Below the pieces are notes generated by a model, which saw only the letters and a program-made list of their open reading frames with translations, was not told the origin of the DNA and searched no databases. A stretch of 64,000 nt of DNA from a virus (lineage: Duplodnaviria > Heunggongvirae > Uroviricota > Caudoviricetes): IMG/VR virus record IMGVR_UViG_3300033153_012477, positions 119,437 to 183,436 of that record, one strand, 5' to 3'. Shown piece by piece: positions 49,227-58,807 of this stretch (positions are counted from its first letter, which is position 1; every line of letters begins with the position of its first letter). The position numbers were made by a program, and so were the translations under genes.

Positions 49227-52200
49227 CTAACCAAAAGTTCCCATTGAGCCTAAAGCAGCAGCACTATTCTCTGCCTCTCTTATATTTTTATTATGTGTAT
49301 CTATTGCTCTTTTTCTATCAGCATAGTAACCATTATTTATATGTGTAAGAATAGTTAACCAAGAGTATCTTTGGTTAAATAAAGACTCACTTACAAGAGT
49401 AGCATCTACCTCAGAATATCTAGAATTAACATTAGCTATCCTAGCGTTGATGATAGGAATCCGTGCATTGATAACAGCTATTCTGTCATAGATAACAGCA
49501 GGATCATTAATAGAACTAAAAACTTGACCGTTTGCCACAGACTTCAAATTATTAAAAGTATTACTAACGGTTACATAGGGATCCGTTCCTGCTATCCACC
49601 CTTGAGCCTTATCTCTTTCTATTTTTGCGGGATTGAAAGCAGCATCCAAAGGAGGTAACCACTCTTCCATGATACCATTTAATTTTTGAATCTGTTCAGT
49701 GTGCTTACTATCATTACTTGATCTAATAGAGTTACCATTAGTAATATCTAAGTTTACAGAGTAACTTCCAGGCACAGTTATCGAGTAAGAGTAACCGCCT
49801 GTCCACCAAGGGCTTCTACTTCTAACAGATGCATCAGAATCATTTCCAAAACCAACACTTGGAGCATCGACTACTACATAAACACAGGGTACTGAAGTGT
49901 TAGAGTTAAGATAAACTGTTCCTCCAGAATAGGATGCTACTCCTAAACCTGTTTGAGAGTTTATAGCACTGGCAATCTCTTGGGCAGTGTTTGGTCGGTG
50001 TGTTGTGATAGGTCCTGCATCAAGAATACAACCACCACCTCCGCCAGGATCTTCATCAAATTTTTCTGTAAAAGTAATAGTGTAGTTAGTTTGAATCAAA
50101 CTACCCCCTGAGTTTCTCTCTATATATAGTTGCATTTGTTCTGAACCATATATGTCAAAGCCACCAGTACTTGCAGTAGACCCAGAGGTAGTGCTCTTTC
50201 CTAAGAGTTGATTTAACTTAGTTATCTCGTCATTAGATTTATTCAACTCATCATTTAATTTTTTCAGTATATGTTCAGTGTGCCACCCTTCTGCAAAACT
50301 TCCTGCATCATTTTTATTCTCGCCAAATAAACAAGGAAGTTTGGTAGGTTCTGCTCTTTCTTCCTCTGGTCTAGGATCTGGTAAAGGGAACAACCTTGTT
50401 GGTGGGACATTTGCTGAATCTTCAATCTGTGCTTGAGTTAGTCTTCCGTCCTCAGCACCTATTCTAAATCCTTTTAATAATCTTTTTTCTTCTTCAAAGT
50501 ATTCTATTCTATCATCAAAATAGTCATACCATATTTGTGTTAGTACAATCTTGTCATCAAGATCTCCTAGATCATATTCAAAAGAACCATTACCACTTTC
50601 AGCATTAGTCGTTACAGGAATCTTTCCTGAAGGAAAACCTGATGAACTAGAGTTTGCTGTTTGCTGTATTTTATCTGCAGCTTCTTGTTGAAAAGTATTC
50701 ATTAGTGTGGAAGCGTGAATTACATTCAAGTAGAAGTTATCTGGGTTGTCTGCTTGAAAACTTATTCTAATATTAGAACCTTCTCTTAGAAAATCAAAGT
50801 AAGTGTAATCCGCTATTACTGAAGTCCCAACCCCAATAAACCTCTTTCCAAAATAATTTATGTAAAAAGAATCTCCAATAACTACTCCAGCAGTGAGTTC
50901 AATATCACCCATGTCAGATATCTCATAATCTTCTTCAAAAGCTAGTAAGCTACCATTTTTATAAAGACTAAAAGGTTCAGAAAGAACAGGAAGTAGATTT
51001 GTTTTTAACCTATCGTCTCCTTCAGAAAGAATTGGATTTTCAGTATAAGCGATAACGGTGTCAAGAAAAATAGGTATATCAATTTTAGATGTTAATGTAA
51101 CCGTAGTTAGCCCGTCATCCTCATCGTAAAAAGAGCTTTTAACAGTATAGAAATATTTGTTGTCGAGCCTAATTACAATATTAGGTTGATATTTTGGAGA
51201 GACATCTCCTTCAAAAAAAACCTCATTAGTATTTTGAGGAACTTCTCTTTTTGAAGCTGGTTCGTCTAGGAAACCTACAGGGTCTATAGTCGTGTACATT
51301 ACTGGATTTACATAAATAGTCTTAAACAAACTTGTTGTGAATAAAAAAGTGTCAGGAGTATTTGTATCCTCTGCATTACTTCCATAACCTAAAGTCCTAT
51401 TAGAGTTTCCTTCACCTATTTTAACATAGGTTTCACCTAGTAATTGTATTCTTTTAATACCGTTCACAAACATAGATTTAGCTGCATTAGGATGCACTTG
51501 GTTTATTTGATCAACTAAGAGATCTACTGTTATTCCTTTTCCTGAACTAAACGTGACTGTTGTTTCTTCATTGTCGTCAATAGTAAACTTAAAAGTATTA
51601 TTAGACTTTTCAATTATAGTATATGGCTCAGAAACAGCGTTAATTAAATTAGCTCTGTTTTCTAAGTAAGTGTCTCTTACTTGATAGTAATCGCTTAGTA
51701 GTTTTATCATTGTGCCAGGAGAATATCTGGAGGTGATATCATTATTTTTTATTATAATAGTATCTCCACCTTCAGGAGCTGTAAAACCACCTATCTCCAT
51801 AGGGGTATGTGCTGTTTGTAAAGCTTGTTCCCCACCCTCTGCTCCAGAACCTGTGGCACTGTAAAAATCCTCAAAACCAACAATTGAATTAAAAGAACCA
51901 TCAAGAACAGAAAGAGATTTATCAGGACCATATTGTAAAGTTCTTAAAGATAAAACATTGTATTTGGATTGATAAGCTTCAAATCCTGTAGCAGTTTCAT
52001 TAACGGTATCTACAACGTCATCAATAACAATTCCATTTCCTGTAGGAAATAAGAACTCTTGAATAGCTCCATTATTGACAGAAACTTTAAAAGTAAATTG
52101 GTCTAAAGGAATAGAGTAGGGAGCTTTAACAGTTGAATCAACCTCAGCTCTTTCTCCTAAGAGAACTTCGCTTTCAATAAGTCCTTGTGTTTTGTGTTTA

Positions 52201-53714
52201 TAATCCGCAGTATAAACGTGTCCTGGGAAAGCTGAAGTCATGAGAGTTATCCAACCGCCTTGAGGATTTATTTTATAATCTACTCCAACTGTTAGTTTTA
52301 AACCATCGTCGTAGACATTAAAACTATCTGGAAATAGAGCATTGTCTTCTGTCAAAATACCACTAACAAGATCTTCTTGAGTTATCTCTTCTACCAGTTG
52401 GATACCCCCGCCTTCCGTGGCAAGAAAGTCTTTTCCTCTCTCTAACCAGACATCGTCTTCCTTAAGTTTAAAGTTATCTGGGTACACTCCTAAAAAAGGA
52501 TTGTCCGTAGCAGAAGCTATTGCACTAACAGCTAGGTTACTTGTTTTCTCTGTTGGAGAGATATCCTCGCTCTCTATGTGGGTCATAAATAATATTTTTC
52601 CGTTAGCTTCACCTTTAGCTGCAAGTTGATCAACATAACCAAGAACAGAATTAGCTGTACCGTTTTCTATTCTTATTTGATGATAGAAAGTACCTCTATC
52701 TGCCATTACAGAAAAATATTCTAAACGAGTGTCCTCATCTAAGTAGGAGTATGCTTTAAATCCTCTAGCTTCTTGATTTACAAAATCTACAAGTTCTTCC
52801 GCAGTGATCGTTCCTGTGGGTAGTACAAATTCTTGAATTGGTAAGCTGTTGTGTCTAATCCTAAATATATTATTGCTATTATCGAAAATGTAAGGTGAGG
52901 GGTTAATCGTTCTTAACTCTGCAGGCACACCATAGTCAACTATGTAATCTACATTCTCTTCTTGAACCTTTTGATTTATTTTTAATATAAGAGTACCGTC
53001 TCTTAAAATAGGAGCTGCTGAAAATGTTGTTTCAGATATAGGAGAATCTAAGGATTGTACCAACTCTTCTTCATCAAAGATAACGGTACTGTTTATATCA
53101 TTATCATCTACATTAATAGATGGAAAAAATTTAATTTGTACTCCTAAATTTCCAAGAGGAGCCAAACCAGTAGAAGCTAATGGTATATCAATAGCGTCAT
53201 AAATAAAACCCTCATCTATCATCCACTTACTGTTCTCTCCGCTATAAATAAAATCTTCTTCTTTGTAGGATATAGAGCAAGAACCAAGCTTACCTTCCTT
53301 AGCAGTTTCTATCATGTACTCCATTTCTCTATTGTAGTACACAGTGTGGGTAGTGTTGTTGATATTTGTTTGAGAAGTACCTTCAAGAAGACACAAGTCT
53401 TCTTCACTGTCAGTTAAAACAAGTGCCTCGTAGCTAGTGTTGTTATTAATTTCCTCAACCAGCTCTTGTATATTTCTACCGATAACATCAATAGTTAGAT
53501 TATCGGTATGCTCTATAGTTTCATCAATAATTGTTTGAAATTTTTTACCAGTGATAGATAATAAAGCTGAGTACGCCCCAACTCCTGTGTAAGACACGCT
53601 GTAACCTTGTTTCAAGGAAAAGGTTCCTTGAGACGAAGGGGGTCTTGTTGAGACAGCATTATACTGACTCACTCTCGGTTTTCTTATAAAGAAAAATCCC
53701 AAATCCATTGGCAT
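49227..53714 (-). CDS. large baseplate-associated structural protein with repeated beta/alpha modules
   Basis: 1495 aa; 3-4 copies of PY.......F...........F..G....V..IN....G.....L......G.AN..LG; several DY.(I/V) Ig-like modules; helical C-terminus. Confidence 0.65.
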   Translation of the reverse strand: MPMDLGFFFIRKPRVSQYNAVSTRPPSSQGTFSLKQGYSVSYTGVGAYSALLSITGKKFQTIIDETIEHTDNLTIDVIGRNIQELVEEINNNTSYEALVLTDSEEDLCLLEGTSQTNINNTTHTVYYNREMEYMIETAKEGKLGSCSISYKEEDFIYSGENSKWMIDEGFIYDAIDIPLASTGLAPLGNLGVQIKFFPSINVDDNDINSTVIFDEEELVQSLDSPISETTFSAAPILRDGTLILKINQKVQEENVDYIVDYGVPAELRTINPSPYIFDNSNNIFRIRHNSLPIQEFVLPTGTITAEELVDFVNQEARGFKAYSYLDEDTRLEYFSVMADRGTFYHQIRIENGTANSVLGYVDQLAAKGEANGKILFMTHIESEDISPTEKTSNLAVSAIASATDNPFLGVYPDNFKLKEDDVWLERGKDFLATEGGGIQLVEEITQEDLVSGILTEDNALFPDSFNVYDDGLKLTVGVDYKINPQGGWITLMTSAFPGHVYTADYKHKTQGLIESEVLLGERAEVDSTVKAPYSIPLDQFTFKVSVNNGAIQEFLFPTGNGIVIDDVVDTVNETATGFEAYQSKYNVLSLRTLQYGPDKSLSVLDGSFNSIVGFEDFYSATGSGAEGGEQALQTAHTPMEIGGFTAPEGGDTIIIKNNDITSRYSPGTMIKLLSDYYQVRDTYLENRANLINAVSEPYTIIEKSNNTFKFTIDDNEETTVTFSSGKGITVDLLVDQINQVHPNAAKSMFVNGIKRIQLLGETYVKIGEGNSNRTLGYGSNAEDTNTPDTFLFTTSLFKTIYVNPVMYTTIDPVGFLDEPASKREVPQNTNEVFFEGDVSPKYQPNIVIRLDNKYFYTVKSSFYDEDDGLTTVTLTSKIDIPIFLDTVIAYTENPILSEGDDRLKTNLLPVLSEPFSLYKNGSLLAFEEDYEISDMGDIELTAGVVIGDSFYINYFGKRFIGVGTSVIADYTYFDFLREGSNIRISFQADNPDNFYLNVIHASTLMNTFQQEAADKIQQTANSSSSGFPSGKIPVTTNAESGNGSFEYDLGDLDDKIVLTQIWYDYFDDRIEYFEEEKRLLKGFRIGAEDGRLTQAQIEDSANVPPTRLFPLPDPRPEEERAEPTKLPCLFGENKNDAGSFAEGWHTEHILKKLNDELNKSNDEITKLNQLLGKSTTSGSTASTGGFDIYGSEQMQLYIERNSGGSLIQTNYTITFTEKFDEDPGGGGGCILDAGPITTHRPNTAQEIASAINSQTGLGVASYSGGTVYLNSNTSVPCVYVVVDAPSVGFGNDSDASVRSRSPWWTGGYSYSITVPGSYSVNLDITNGNSIRSSNDSKHTEQIQKLNGIMEEWLPPLDAAFNPAKIERDKAQGWIAGTDPYVTVSNTFNNLKSVANGQVFSSINDPAVIYDRIAVINARIPIINARIANVNSRYSEVDATLVSESLFNQRYSWLTILTHINNGYYADRKRAIDTHNKNIREAENSAAALGSMGTFG

Positions 53715-53726
53715 AATTATAATCCT

Positions 53727-54335
53727 TTACTTCACTTTACCTGTCCCAGATCCTGCTGATGGAACAGGAGCACCTAGTATTAGAGGAGCGGGGCTACCTG
53801 AAATAACTACAGCAACTATTGCAGTAGCCATTACGTTTGTGCAAAATCCAGTAGAGAAAGCATTAACTAAGGGTTTTAACATAGTCCCATTATAGTTTTG
53901 CCCCATCATCTTCTGCATAATCTTAGCTTCCATAGCACTCGGCGTTAAGCCTAACACTTTCCCTGTTCCTGAACCCAAAGCAACTGTACTGTGGGTTGTC
54001 TCTACTTCATTCATAGTATTGAAATGCATAGCTGCTGCAAAACAAACCCCTTCAGCTAAATCTTTCATCTTTGGACCCATGACTCCTTGAGCCATCATTA
54101 GAGGTATCACCATTCCAGCTAATGCGTTGGGAATTATTCCCGCCATTTTGCCTTTACCTGTACCTACGGTCATAACCCCAACATCAATGGTTTGGACTTG
54201 GTTCATCTCTACAAAAGACTCAACAATTCCTTCCCCCATAGCTGTGCTAAACTTATTCATCTCAGATCCTAGAATACCTCTAGAAGCACACTGAGCTAAA
54301 ATCAATTTTCCTAGTTGTCCACCGTTTAAAGCCAT
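53727..54335 (-). CDS. putative spike-tip protein with three internal repeats
   Basis: Immediately downstream of the spike; three ~63-aa units each ending G(S/T)G(T/K)GK; likely start ATG 54335 (track start 54356 is TTG). Confidence 0.5.
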   Translation of the reverse strand: MALNGGQLGKLILAQCASRGILGSEMNKFSTAMGEGIVESFVEMNQVQTIDVGVMTVGTGKGKMAGIIPNALAGMVIPLMMAQGVMGPKMKDLAEGVCFAAAMHFNTMNEVETTHSTVALGSGTGKVLGLTPSAMEAKIMQKMMGQNYNGTMLKPLVNAFSTGFCTNVMATAIVAVVISGSPAPLILGAPVPSAGSGTGKVK

Positions 54336-54383
54336 ACTTATCTTACTGTTTTCCAATAGTTTATTTAATTATTACTTTATCAC

Positions 54384-56438
54384 CTATAGGTTATTACATG
54401 TGACCGTTTTAGATCCTAAGTGAGGTCCACCCGTGATGTAGCACTTATGTCCTGCAGGTCCATCATTAACAACTCCCCCTTGAGGCAGTCCTCCAATCTT
54501 AACTTGTGGAGCTTCGATATCTACTTTAACAGCACTCTTAACCTTAACCCCTAAAGTTCCACTTATGGTCACATTACCTGTGCTTGTTTTAACGTCAATA
54601 GATCCTAAAGTAGTTTTTATCTCAATGTTCCCAACACCAACCTTTACGGTGTAGTTTCCTATTTTTATATCTAGAGTCCTATTACCTGCAATCATTTTAG
54701 TATCGAAGTTACCTACTTTAATACTTTCTGTTTTATTTCCGAGAAGCATGTTATGCTCAACATCTCCCAGTAATACCTCAGTTTTTTCAGCTACAGTGCT
54801 TCCTGCTGCAATATCTGGAGCAGCAATTGTCTTTGATTGTCCTGAAGCTAAAGTTTGAGAGAAATGACCGACAGATGTTTCAGTGTATGCTCCCCCATAG
54901 TTAGTGGCTTTATCTTGTACAAAATTATCAACTTTCTTACCAAACACTCTATCTTCTAGAGTTCCGTGGACCAACCTGATATCATTTCCAGTCACAACCG
55001 TATATCTGGATCCTGTGATTTCATGTCTTACATCACCTTTGATTTTATTAAACAGTGCTAAGTTATTTTTATCTCCTGCCAGTATCTCCCAATAGACACC
55101 TTTTTTAAAAGTAGCTTCCCAAGATCTAAGCTTGTCAGACTCACTACCAAAAACAGTTTTCACACCCCCACTAGTCCCTAAGGTTAGTGATCTGTTAAAA
55201 CGCTTATTTGCTCCAAAATAAAGTTTAGCATGACCTGTTGTGTTTATTTCAGCAGACTCTCCTGAACCAGAGGGATCTACAGAAGTAGATGATGATATGT
55301 TTGCAAAATACTTTCCTTGCTTGTTGACATAGAAAGCAGTACCTGAGTTTGGAAATTTTAAGGTGTACGCTGCCGCTAAAGTGGTAGCTTCATTTATACC
55401 GTTGTCAGTGAGGCAAGCATCTTCCCTAGCTTCAGAACCTGTCAAAGTAACATTGTCTTTAAAAATAATAGGTTTTAAAACCTTACCGTATTTCTTTCTA
55501 CCAGGTTCCCCAATAGGATCATTTCCGACGAGTGTTCCTAAAACCTGAACAACTAGAGGCTGATTAGAGTTTACTCCATCAGATTTTAGCTTATAAAAGC
55601 TATCAATATCTACACCACTATTTGATTCTGTGATCCCCATGATAGGGTACTCTAACTCTTTAACTTCAGTTCGGTGTTCAATAAAACCCTGTAGGTCATC
55701 GTTGATGGTTTGTGTTCCATAGGGATTTGCTGAATTAACTGTGCTTGTGAAAGGAACAGTGTAATAAGGAACACCGTCTTCATTATAATATACAGGAAAT
55801 AAATTATTTCCAAGACTTTGAAATTCTGGATCATTTATAAGTGCATTTCGGTGTATTAGTCCCGATGCTGTTCTAGTTCCACAGAAATTTAAGTATGAGT
55901 TAAGTGCGTTTATATTGAAGGATTGATCTGCAGAACTTAATAATATTTCATTTAACTTACTATTAGATAAGCTTACACTTTTATCTAAATAGAACTCACT
56001 ACCATAGGTTGAACTTCCATACAGCTCACCCTCATAAAGTTTTTTCATTTTAAATCTTAATGGCTTTCTTATTCCTTGCTCTTCATGATACTCTGTTACT
56101 TTTATAACATCATTTGTTAGACCCTGCACGTACCCTCTAGGCATGTATTGTAAAATTATAGGATCTACAAAACCACCACTCTTTGAGAATCCTACAAGGA
56201 CCCAATCTCCGACCATAGGCATTGCACCCATAAAAGAACGATAACCTCCATAAGCTGCAGTTAAACCAACTTTAGGTTGTGCCCCAATGGAATCTAAATA
56301 AGACAGATCAACTGTCATTCGCTCATAGTCCACTCTATTTATAATTGCTAGACGTATGTATAGACCCTCATTGGCATTGGTGACCATTCTGTGAGATGGG
56401 TCTTTATGTCCTTTGTGGATTACATCTGTGTATGCCAT
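54384..56438 (-). CDS. baseplate central spike (gpV/gp5/VgrG C-terminal-like)
   Basis: N-terminal OB fold (AIINRVDYERMTVDL..FMGAMPMVGDWVLVGF); C-terminal beta-helix repeats (ITGSRYTVVTGNDIRLVHG, IKIGNYTVKVGVGNIEIKT); apex HKCYITGGPH. Confidence 0.8.
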   Translation of the reverse strand: MAYTDVIHKGHKDPSHRMVTNANEGLYIRLAIINRVDYERMTVDLSYLDSIGAQPKVGLTAAYGGYRSFMGAMPMVGDWVLVGFSKSGGFVDPIILQYMPRGYVQGLTNDVIKVTEYHEEQGIRKPLRFKMKKLYEGELYGSSTYGSEFYLDKSVSLSNSKLNEILLSSADQSFNINALNSYLNFCGTRTASGLIHRNALINDPEFQSLGNNLFPVYYNEDGVPYYTVPFTSTVNSANPYGTQTINDDLQGFIEHRTEVKELEYPIMGITESNSGVDIDSFYKLKSDGVNSNQPLVVQVLGTLVGNDPIGEPGRKKYGKVLKPIIFKDNVTLTGSEAREDACLTDNGINEATTLAAAYTLKFPNSGTAFYVNKQGKYFANISSSTSVDPSGSGESAEINTTGHAKLYFGANKRFNRSLTLGTSGGVKTVFGSESDKLRSWEATFKKGVYWEILAGDKNNLALFNKIKGDVRHEITGSRYTVVTGNDIRLVHGTLEDRVFGKKVDNFVQDKATNYGGAYTETSVGHFSQTLASGQSKTIAAPDIAAGSTVAEKTEVLLGDVEHNMLLGNKTESIKVGNFDTKMIAGNRTLDIKIGNYTVKVGVGNIEIKTTLGSIDVKTSTGNVTISGTLGVKVKSAVKVDIEAPQVKIGGLPQGGVVNDGPAGHKCYITGGPHLGSKTVTCNNL

Positions 56439-56449
56439 CTATATCTCCG

Positions 56450-58801
56450 TTACTTCTTACGATTTACTTTTGCTTTACTAATTACTCTCTGTTTACTTTG
56501 GACCCCTAATCTGTCTCTGGTGGATAACCCCGTTAAGTCTGAGGGAAGGCAAGAGCATCCTCTTGTTGAAGAGGTGTCATCTTTGGGTCTCAGCTCTCTC
56601 AGAGAGATGGCTTTATCTTTAAAATAATCTCGAACACCTTTATCGGTATTAGATCTTTTATCGACACCATCGTCGTCTTTAATGTGACTGTTGCTAGTTG
56701 GGTCTGTTTTTACTTTTATCTCAGTAAAACCTGGATCTATAAAGGTGTGGTTGCCTTTAGTAGCTTTGTCTAATTTGTTCTTTAATATTTGCGAGAAACT
56801 ACTTCCTCTTTTTTTAATTGTTCCTTTGGGATCTAGATAAAGAGATCTTCCGTTTTCGTAGATACCAATTAATTCATAACCGTCCTCGTCGGAAACGGGT
56901 ATAGCTTGCTCTAAGAAGTCTAAATAAGTGTCTCTGTTGTTAGTTGACTTAGCTATATCCAACTTTGCCAGAAGTTTTTGAGCGTTTGGATGGCTTAATT
57001 TTACTTCCTCATAAACTCCTGCACGATTTGTTTTCAGAGAACCTCCCTTTTTTACAAGAGTCGAGTCACTTGCCTTCTTTGTTTGTTCTGTTGCTTTTTT
57101 TGCAGCAGCACTTTCAATTTTTTTTGCTAGATCAGGATTATTCAATCTTACCCTGTCAATAAACTCAGTATCATCTTCCCCTTTATATAAAAGAATTGCG
57201 GGATCACCTTTGTAGTTATAAGCTCTATATGAATCATCAACCTTAGATAAATCGTGCCCATCAGACATGCTGTCTTCCCCAAGATATTTTTTACGTATAG
57301 CAGATAGCTGTAAGGATGTTGTGAAGGGTCCTCCAAATGTAAAGTTGTGATTAACATTTTCCACATAACCAAATATATCTCTACTTTCTATATATACGGG
57401 TAGCCCAAGTCTTATTTCAGGTCTTCCTACTATAGTTACCGAACCTTTATACTTATTAGCATTGATTCTATCCATTTCACTAATAGCGTGATAATAACAC
57501 ATATTGGGGGTGGTGAAGTACTTCATAGATATTTGTTCCGTTCTCATTCCAAAATGTCTAGCTAAATTATAATTAGTGAATATTCCTCTAGGAACTAAAT
57601 AAGAATCAATATTAACAGTCTGACTGTGTGCTCCTGTGACTTCTATTCTTGTTACAACACTTTCTTCGGAGTCCCTGAAGTCCCAATTTATAATATCCTC
57701 ATCCTTTATTCTAAATACTTCGTTCTCACTAGTATCTAAATTCCAAAAAGGAGGTTTAAAGATAATATCTCCTGTAGTGTCTAAGTAAAACTCAAACCCA
57801 GTGTAGACTTTAACCTCGCTGGCAATCTCTAAATTATTTTTATAACTATTACTTACTAAATCAATCTCTGTATTAGCTTCGTTAGGTTTTATGAAAGGTC
57901 TAAAATCCATTAAAGCTCTTGTATTATAATTAATCTGTATTGGAGAGTTTTTAGACGCACTTGCTGCCATTGCAGGATTAGTAGTTGTTTTTCTTTCTGC
58001 TTGATTACTGTCATTAATATCTATGAAAGACTCTTCCGTTGTACCAAACATCTTCAGAGACGACTTTATGCTTGCAAATTTATTTTCCCATTTTTTAAGC
58101 AAATCTAAATCTTTCGCTGCAGGAAAAGAACCTTTCCCAACTGCAACTCTTTTAGAAATTTTTTCGTTCCCTACATCAATAGTGAATTTTTCAGTATCTA
58201 AAACTGAAGGGATGACCATATTAAGCATGGTCACATTTACTAAAGAATAAATTATTTGATAGGGATTTTTATTAGCATAGGATTTTCCAGACCAGAATAG
58301 TGTTTTTAAATCTATCTTTTCTTTTGTATCTGCTAAAGCCATAATAGAGGGATGTTCATTAGTCTTCATTAATTGAAGCCACTTAAGCATAGATTCACAA
58401 TTTACTGCGATACCTTGCTCTCCCGATCCATAAGATTCACCAATATTAACAACTACACCCCAAAATACTTTATGATATTTATAGGTATTGTCACTACTTA
58501 AAAATCTAGCTTTCATGAAGATCTCTACTTCATCCATTAGATTTATCCCGTGTACTTTACCTCCACGAACCATGTATATCCCATTATCACCATGTCTAGG
58601 CATAGCTATGTTAAATTGAGCGTTACCTATAGTGGTGTTGTTTGCTAAACTAGTAGTTAGGCTAGTGACATACTTTGTGATATCAATCTTGGTGTTACAC
58701 GAAGGACATATCTCTACGCTCATCTCTCCGTTGATGCGTATCACTGCGTCGGGAGCTAGTTTTGTAACCTTTTTTTGTTTGTGTGTTCCTCTATATCCCA
58801 T
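56450..58801 (-). CDS. baseplate hub protein (gp27/gpD-like)
   Basis: VFWGVVVNIGESY...AVNCESMLKWL, FEFYLDTTGDIIFKPPFWN, YKGSVTIVGRPEIRLGLPVYI...YVENVNHNF..GGPFTTSLQL. Confidence 0.8.
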   Translation of the reverse strand: MGYRGTHKQKKVTKLAPDAVIRINGEMSVEICPSCNTKIDITKYVTSLTTSLANNTTIGNAQFNIAMPRHGDNGIYMVRGGKVHGINLMDEVEIFMKARFLSSDNTYKYHKVFWGVVVNIGESYGSGEQGIAVNCESMLKWLQLMKTNEHPSIMALADTKEKIDLKTLFWSGKSYANKNPYQIIYSLVNVTMLNMVIPSVLDTEKFTIDVGNEKISKRVAVGKGSFPAAKDLDLLKKWENKFASIKSSLKMFGTTEESFIDINDSNQAERKTTTNPAMAASASKNSPIQINYNTRALMDFRPFIKPNEANTEIDLVSNSYKNNLEIASEVKVYTGFEFYLDTTGDIIFKPPFWNLDTSENEVFRIKDEDIINWDFRDSEESVVTRIEVTGAHSQTVNIDSYLVPRGIFTNYNLARHFGMRTEQISMKYFTTPNMCYYHAISEMDRINANKYKGSVTIVGRPEIRLGLPVYIESRDIFGYVENVNHNFTFGGPFTTSLQLSAIRKKYLGEDSMSDGHDLSKVDDSYRAYNYKGDPAILLYKGEDDTEFIDRVRLNNPDLAKKIESAAAKKATEQTKKASDSTLVKKGGSLKTNRAGVYEEVKLSHPNAQKLLAKLDIAKSTNNRDTYLDFLEQAIPVSDEDGYELIGIYENGRSLYLDPKGTIKKRGSSFSQILKNKLDKATKGNHTFIDPGFTEIKVKTDPTSNSHIKDDDGVDKRSNTDKGVRDYFKDKAISLRELRPKDDTSSTRGCSCLPSDLTGLSTRDRLGVQSKQRVISKAKVNRKK

Positions 58802-58807
58802 TACTCT

